Assembly (NCBI GenBank): GCA_964596595.1
Contig: CAZQUI010000001.1
Coordinates: 15,817-79,816 of the forward strand
Direction of reading: 5' to 3'
From: an uncultured Candidatus Saccharibacteria bacterium
GTDB taxonomy: Bacteria; Patescibacteriota; Minisyncoccia; Phycocordibacterales; PALSA-1337
DNA: 64,000 nt
Shown here piece by piece: positions 58,634 through 64,000 of the stretch. A program made the position numbers and the translations under genes. The notes beneath the pieces are model-generated. The model worked only from the letters and a program-made list of their open reading frames with translations, did no database searches and was not told the origin of the DNA. Each line of letters opens with the position of its first letter. The stretch's first letter is position 1.

Positions 58634-59188
58634 TTATTTTTGTGGTTGTAAACCATGAGGCCTACCTGATCCTCCATTTCCTCCTTGGTAATTTTGAGGA
58701 TGAGTCGGATTCGGCCCCACCGGCGGTTGAGGACGATTCGGTGCTACCGGAGGCTGAAGGCCGTGGCGCCGATGGCCGGAGTTGCCAGGATCTCCAAAGT
58801 ACTGAAATTTCGTTTCCCTTTGGAAATGCAATTCCATCTCAGTGGATGAAGGTCCCGTAATCACTGGCTGGTCAATCCACCATCCAACATTTGGAGTCGT
58901 GTGTGGAGGTGGAACAAATGGCGAACCACCTGGATGAACATCAGAGCCATACCACGGTCCGCGACCGAACTGACCAGGATACGAGACTGACCTGTGAACA
59001 TAGATAGGATAACCTGACCCCGTCCACACATTAATCTCGCCACCCACCACAATCCGACTGGTGGTTTTTCGAGTTACCGTCGTATTGCCCACTTGCTGTG
59101 AGCAGACTTTAGTATTCGTCACCGACGCGCATCCCCCTCCGACGAAAACCAAACTGAGGAGACAAACCAACAAAACAATATTTTTCAT
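58634..59188 (-). CDS. Putative lipoprotein with Pro/Gly-rich disordered tail
   Basis: Signal ending GGGC; HGLQP occurs twice; consensus promoter and terminator flank it. Confidence 0.65.
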   Translation of the reverse strand: MKNIVLLVCLLSLVFVGGGCASVTNTKVCSQQVGNTTVTRKTTSRIVVGGEINVWTGSGYPIYVHRSVSYPGQFGRGPWYGSDVHPGGSPFVPPPHTTPNVGWWIDQPVITGPSSTEMELHFQRETKFQYFGDPGNSGHRRHGLQPPVAPNRPQPPVGPNPTHPQNYQGGNGGSGRPHGLQPQK

Positions 59189-59307
59189 ATTTCACTTGTG
59201 CTCCCCTAACACCATGTCAGGGATTCTGGTCATATTATATCATTTTTATGGCTATATTGTCAATATGGCTATAAAAAATATTAAGCTATAATACTATAAA
59301 ATAATAC

Positions 59308-60876
59308 ATGGGATATAATCTCACACTTCATAACGTAGGTTTTATTTCAGGTGCCATTATTGCTCTAGCTTTTGCCTTATTCGTATACCTTAAAGATAAA
59401 AATTCTAAACCAAACATTATGTTTGGACTCGCTTTTTTAGGTATTGTTTTATTTTGCGGATCACACGTTATCGGTGTTAACATCAAAGATCCTTATTTAT
59501 CTCGTAATGTTCTAATGTGGAATTTATCTGTGATTTGGATCGCTTGTTTCTTGACCCATTGTTCATTTGCCATGATTGGTGCGGTAAAAAAGCAACGTAT
59601 ATTCATGACCATTATGTATGCTCTTGCCTTTATTTTGACCACTTTTTACATTTTACAACCAAATGCTTTTCTCCTCCCATCTGTACCAAAGATGTACTTT
59701 CCCAACTATTATGTGGCTGGTAATCTCCAGTGGATTATGCGTATATTTTTTTCAATAGGTGTACCAATTTATTTTCTTTCATACTTATTCTATTCATACA
59801 ATCACGCAGATATCATAATGCGTAATCGTCTTAAATATTTCTTTCTATCATTAACTCTTGGTTACAGCATTGGTTCATTAGCAATTCCTTTAGTTTACAA
59901 TATTGCTATTGATCCTATATATGCTTCAGTTGCGGTCCCGGTGTTAGCTATTCCAATGGCCTATGCACTAGTTCGATACAATCTTATGGATATTAGGCTG
60001 ATTACAAAACGTGCACTTTTATTTGCAACGATAGTAGCTATTAGTAGTTTTGGGATTTTTTCTGTAGGTTATATTAATTTCACTTTGATTTCAAAATTCT
60101 CAGATTTTCCTGGATGGATACTTCCTATTATTGCCAGTTGTATAGCCACTGGTCTTGGAATTATAGTTTGGTATAAATTCCGTGAGTCCGACATCCTAAA
60201 ATACGAATTTATCACAATTGTAACCCATAAACTTCGCACTCCTCTTACTGCCATAAAATGGTCTGCTGAAAACTTGACATCATTTGTTTCAACTGAGGGA
60301 CAAAAAGATCTAAATAATATAAAATCTGGAACTGAAAGATTGGTTGAATTGTCTAATATAATAGCAAACGTATCTTCTGAAGACCAAGAACAATATGCTT
60401 ACCACTACACAACAACAGACTTAGTAGAAATGTGTACTTCGATTATAAAAGAACACAAGGATCAAGCAAAATCAAAAAATATCAATCTTCTAATTAAAAA
60501 AATACCCTCAACACCAACATATATACAAGCAGACAAGATAAAATTACGTATTTGTTTTCAAACACTTATTGATAATGCTCTTACTTATACCCCACAAAAT
60601 GGCTTGGTATCTTTAGACATAAACAAAAATGGAAATATGGTATTAATATCTATTAATGACACAGGGATAGGACTTTCAAAAGAAGAACTGCGTATGATAT
60701 TCTCCCGTCTTTACCGTACTGATACTGCTCGTAATATTTCAACGGAAGGAATGGGAGTTGGCTTATTTGTTGCAAAAAAAATCATTGAGAGACACAATGG
60801 CCGCATTTATGCTCGGTCTGATGGTAAAAATACCGGTTCAACATTTATTATATCTTTACCGGTGTTAAAATCTTAA
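59308..60876 (+). CDS. Multi-TM sensor histidine kinase
   Basis: Multi-TM sensor; H box THKLRTPL, N box LIDNA..YT, DTGIG, G.GLF. Confidence 0.92.
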   Translation: MGYNLTLHNVGFISGAIIALAFALFVYLKDKNSKPNIMFGLAFLGIVLFCGSHVIGVNIKDPYLSRNVLMWNLSVIWIACFLTHCSFAMIGAVKKQRIFMTIMYALAFILTTFYILQPNAFLLPSVPKMYFPNYYVAGNLQWIMRIFFSIGVPIYFLSYLFYSYNHADIIMRNRLKYFFLSLTLGYSIGSLAIPLVYNIAIDPIYASVAVPVLAIPMAYALVRYNLMDIRLITKRALLFATIVAISSFGIFSVGYINFTLISKFSDFPGWILPIIASCIATGLGIIVWYKFRESDILKYEFITIVTHKLRTPLTAIKWSAENLTSFVSTEGQKDLNNIKSGTERLVELSNIIANVSSEDQEQYAYHYTTTDLVEMCTSIIKEHKDQAKSKNINLLIKKIPSTPTYIQADKIKLRICFQTLIDNALTYTPQNGLVSLDINKNGNMVLISINDTGIGLSKEELRMIFSRLYRTDTARNISTEGMGVGLFVAKKIIERHNGRIYARSDGKNTGSTFIISLPVLKS

Positions 60877-60896
60877 CACCTGCTATACTTATATAC

Positions 60897-62570
60897 ATGA
60901 TCCTCAAATTCGATGAAGATAAACAAAATAGAAAGCTCAACGATCTCCTCCACAAAGAAGAAGAGGATCTCGTCCAAGTCTTAGCTGGCAAATACAATGT
61001 CGAATATGTCAGTCTTCTCGCCACCCCTATAAATACCGATGCATTGCGCCTCGCTGAACAAAAAGTTGCCATCGAAGCACAACTTGCTCCTTATGCTATC
61101 ATTGATAAGAAAGTCAAAATTGCCGCGCGCAATCCGCAAGACCCTCGAGTCCTCTCATTTGTCGAATCCTTAAAAACCAAAGGTTACATTCCTGAATTAC
61201 ATATCACTTCTACCCAAAGTCTCCAAAAAGCCTGGAAGATGTACAACGATCTTTCTTTTGCCTATGAGAGTAAAGCTGGTTCTCTCGAAATTTCCAGTAG
61301 CGATATCAATTCCATTGTTGAGCAAGCCAAAAGTCTCCCCGATATCATTAAAATTCTCGAAGATACTATTGCAGCCAAGAAGAGTTATCGCGTCTCTCGT
61401 ATTTTGGAAACCATCGTAGCCGGAGCTCTGGCTGTTGGTGCTTCTGACGTACACCTTGAGCCAGAAGAATCTTACATTCGATTAAGATATCGTTTGGATG
61501 GTGTGCTTCAAAAAGTTGTCGATTTTGACAAAGATACTTATGCTCTACTTTTGTCACGATTGAAACTAATCTCCGGAATGAAACTTAATATTAAAAAAGA
61601 TTCTCAGGATGGGCGTTTTAGTATCAAACTTGGTATTGGAGATATAGAAGTTCGTGCATCGGTATTACCTGGTGCATACAATGAATCAGTGGTACTACGT
61701 TTACTCAATCCAAAATCTATAGATGTCCCTCTGGAATCTTTGGGTATAAACGAAAAACTTCTCAAAATTATTTTAGCCGAAATCAATCGCCCCGATGGTA
61801 TGTTGCTAACCACTGGCCCAACCGGCTCGGGTAAAACTACCACTTTGTATTCATTCCTCAAAAAAGTTCATTCACCTGACGTCAAAATTATTACTATTGA
61901 GGATCCGATCGAATATCATTTACCTGGCATTGTCCAAACGCAGGTTAATGACAAAGGCTATAGTTTCCTCGAGGGATTGCGTGCAGCTGTTCGACAAGAC
62001 CCTGACATTATCATGGTTGGTGAAATACGTGATCATGAAACTGCAGAGATCGCTATAAATTCTGCTTTGACAGGACACTTGGTTTTCTCGACCTTACACA
62101 CCAATGATGCAGCGGGTACCTTCCCTCGTTTAGCAGAACTCGGTGTTAATCCGGGCATCACCCCATCAGCTGTGCGCGTCTCTATGGCCCAACGTCTCTT
62201 ACGCAGGCTCTGTGAACACTGCAAAGAAGAAATCCCTCTCGAGGGTGAAAATAAGAAAAATATGGATGAAATTTTAGCTACTATTGTAGACCCAACGCTC
62301 GTACCAAAAGAATATAATAAAATTTGGACTGCCGAAGGTTGCGATGTTTGTAATCATACCGGCTACAAAGGTCGTATCGGTATTTACGAAGCTATTCTCA
62401 TGGATGAAAATATAGAAAAAGCTGTTAAAACAAATTCCAGTGATCATGAAATTTGGGAAATTGCCAAAGCTCAAGGAATTCTTACCATGAAACAAGATGG
62501 TGCATTAAAAATCTTACAAGGTATCACTTCTCTCGAAGAACTTGAGCGTGTTATTTCTATTCAAGATTAA
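60897..62570 (+). CDS. pilB: GspE/PilB type IV pilus assembly ATPase
   Basis: ASDVHLEP, QDGR, GPTGSGKTTT, TIEDPIEY, RQDPD, TGHLVFSTLHTN, CxxC pairs. Confidence 0.92.
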   Translation: MILKFDEDKQNRKLNDLLHKEEEDLVQVLAGKYNVEYVSLLATPINTDALRLAEQKVAIEAQLAPYAIIDKKVKIAARNPQDPRVLSFVESLKTKGYIPELHITSTQSLQKAWKMYNDLSFAYESKAGSLEISSSDINSIVEQAKSLPDIIKILEDTIAAKKSYRVSRILETIVAGALAVGASDVHLEPEESYIRLRYRLDGVLQKVVDFDKDTYALLLSRLKLISGMKLNIKKDSQDGRFSIKLGIGDIEVRASVLPGAYNESVVLRLLNPKSIDVPLESLGINEKLLKIILAEINRPDGMLLTTGPTGSGKTTTLYSFLKKVHSPDVKIITIEDPIEYHLPGIVQTQVNDKGYSFLEGLRAAVRQDPDIIMVGEIRDHETAEIAINSALTGHLVFSTLHTNDAAGTFPRLAELGVNPGITPSAVRVSMAQRLLRRLCEHCKEEIPLEGENKKNMDEILATIVDPTLVPKEYNKIWTAEGCDVCNHTGYKGRIGIYEAILMDENIEKAVKTNSSDHEIWEIAKAQGILTMKQDGALKILQGITSLEELERVISIQD

Positions 62571-62665
62571 ATACGCCGGCTTTATGATCGACTGTCAATT
62601 GATTTTTAGCTGTGTATAGCGCTAGGATTAACAGTAGTAGAGTAAATGAAGTTTTCTTCATTTCA

Positions 62666-62823
62666 AGTCCATGGATCTCTAAGCAATATCTTATTGCGTG
62701 ATGCATTAAGCGAGGCAGAGTCCCGAGGATAATTTCAGTACGAGTCGCCGAAGCGAAACAACCAACATGTCCTTAGCACTTTGCCCAAACCTGGGAAGGC
62801 CATTGCTTAGAGGTTCGTGAACT
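62666..62823 (+). ncRNA. Candidate rod-shaped ncRNA (6S-like architecture)
   Basis: 22-bp closing stem with G.U pairs, central bubble, inner stems; upstream TTGATT-N18-TAGGAT. Confidence 0.55.
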
Positions 62824-62951
62824 CGAAGGTACAAGACAGGATTTAAAATTCAGACTCAAGATTTAACACCAATCGCAGTTTTCTGCAATTTCACATAAAT
62901 ATTTGGTCTGAAAACTCTAAATCATCTATACCTTATCATATATTAAATCGC

Positions 62952-63962
62952 ATGTCAAGCGAATCATTACACTCACCTGCCGAAGAAAAAGAAGCTGGGT
63001 TTTTAGATCAAACCTTGCGTCCCTCACGATGGGATGAATATATTGGACAAAAAACAATCAAAGACAACTTACACATTCTTTTAACTGCTGCAAAAGAGCG
63101 AAAACACCCCCCTGAACATATACTTTTTTATGGTCCACCAGGCCTCGGCAAAACCACTCTCGCCCACCTTATTGCCAAAGAGACTGGTGCGCAGATGAAA
63201 GTCACTTCCGGACCAGCTATCCTAAAAGTTGGAGACCTAGCTTCAATCCTCACCAACCTCTCCCCTGGTGATATTCTTTTTGTAGACGAAATTCATCGCC
63301 TCAATAAAGCAATCGAGGAAGTTCTCTACCCCGCCATGGAATCTGGAGTACTCGACATCATTATTGGTAAAGGACCGTCAGCTCGGACCATCCAACTCGA
63401 CCTTCCACCTTTTACACTTATTGCTGCTACCACACGTATTGCCATGATCTCTTCACCATTACGATCTCGTTTCTCTGGTGGCGTATTTAAACTTGAGTTT
63501 TATACCAACAAAGAGATCGCTAGTATCGTAAAACGTTCGGCAAAAATATTGGGGATCGAAGCTCATGATGACGCTTTAGATGAAATAGCCATTCGTTCCC
63601 GATTTACACCCCGTACCGCAAACTATCACCTAAAACGCTGCCGTGATTATGCTCAAATAAACAAAACTTCTCTTTCAAAAGAGATTGTGAACAAAGCCTT
63701 AGAGATGTTGGGAGTAGACACTATTGGTCTGACTGCTGCTGACAGAGATATTTTGAAAACTATTATCACCAAATTTGGTGGTGGCCCTGTTGGACTCAAT
63801 ACCATCGCCGCTGCGCTCTCCGAAGAACAAGCTACTGTCGAAGAAGTCTATGAACCATATCTCATACAGCTTGGTCTCTTAGAGCGAACTCCTCGCGGAA
63901 GAATTGCTACTGATAAGGCGTACACGCATTTAGGAGAAAAAGGTAGTGCGAAGTTATTATAA
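62952..63962 (+). CDS. ruvB: Holliday junction DNA helicase RuvB
   Basis: LRP...[33 protein letters not shown]...G...RTPRGR. Confidence 0.98.
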   Translation: MSSESLHSPAEEKEAGFLDQTLRPSRWDEYIGQKTIKDNLHILLTAAKERKHPPEHILFYGPPGLGKTTLAHLIAKETGAQMKVTSGPAILKVGDLASILTNLSPGDILFVDEIHRLNKAIEEVLYPAMESGVLDIIIGKGPSARTIQLDLPPFTLIAATTRIAMISSPLRSRFSGGVFKLEFYTNKEIASIVKRSAKILGIEAHDDALDEIAIRSRFTPRTANYHLKRCRDYAQINKTSLSKEIVNKALEMLGVDTIGLTAADRDILKTIITKFGGGPVGLNTIAAALSEEQATVEEVYEPYLIQLGLLERTPRGRIATDKAYTHLGEKGSAKLL

Positions 63963-64000
63963 AACCTTTCAATTTTTAAATCTAAACGGTAAACTAAATT

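Noticed and set aside
2033-62495. Numerous 60-126 aa antisense or alternate-frame ORFs inside housekeeping genes
   Set aside because: Shadow ORFs with no motifs or independent expression signals
46883-63962. ruvA and ruvB unlinked, no ruvC nearby; metG lacking its C-terminal domain
   Set aside because: Common arrangements in reduced genomes; not informative from one window
1-64000. Genetic code 25 (TGA=Gly) as in Gracilibacteria/Absconditabacteria
   Set aside because: Conserved genes are full length in code 11, and TGA ends genes such as glyQS and mpg at expected positions

Overview
AT-rich, gene-dense chromosomal segment that reads cleanly in the standard genetic code and looks like a Patescibacteria (CPR, Parcubacteria-like) genome. 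The assignment is inferred from: rplK with no following rplA, tRNA-Arg(GCG), an IleRS with an inserted phosphatase domain, type IV pilus genes, and widespread apparently leaderless genes. Most of the window is housekeeping: aminoacyl-tRNA synthetases, DNA repair, ribosomal proteins, a folate/thymidylate cluster, a MacAB-like transporter, and seven tRNA genes. The most notable signal is a family of structured, tRNA-mimicking elements downstream of tRNA-His and tRNA-Arg(GCG). They share a fixed scaffold with covarying stems and a loop-E motif, but each carries the T-arm/acceptor sequence of its own neighbouring tRNA. At tRNA-His they punctuate a cassette-like array that includes a HEPN-motif gene. 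Other items are several candidate ncRNAs, a secreted HAF-repeat/hydrolase protein with a Verrucomicrobia-style C-terminal tail, a triplicated promoter-plus-membrane-protein module, and heptamer repeats inside core enzymes. All calls were made by eye, with no database searches.
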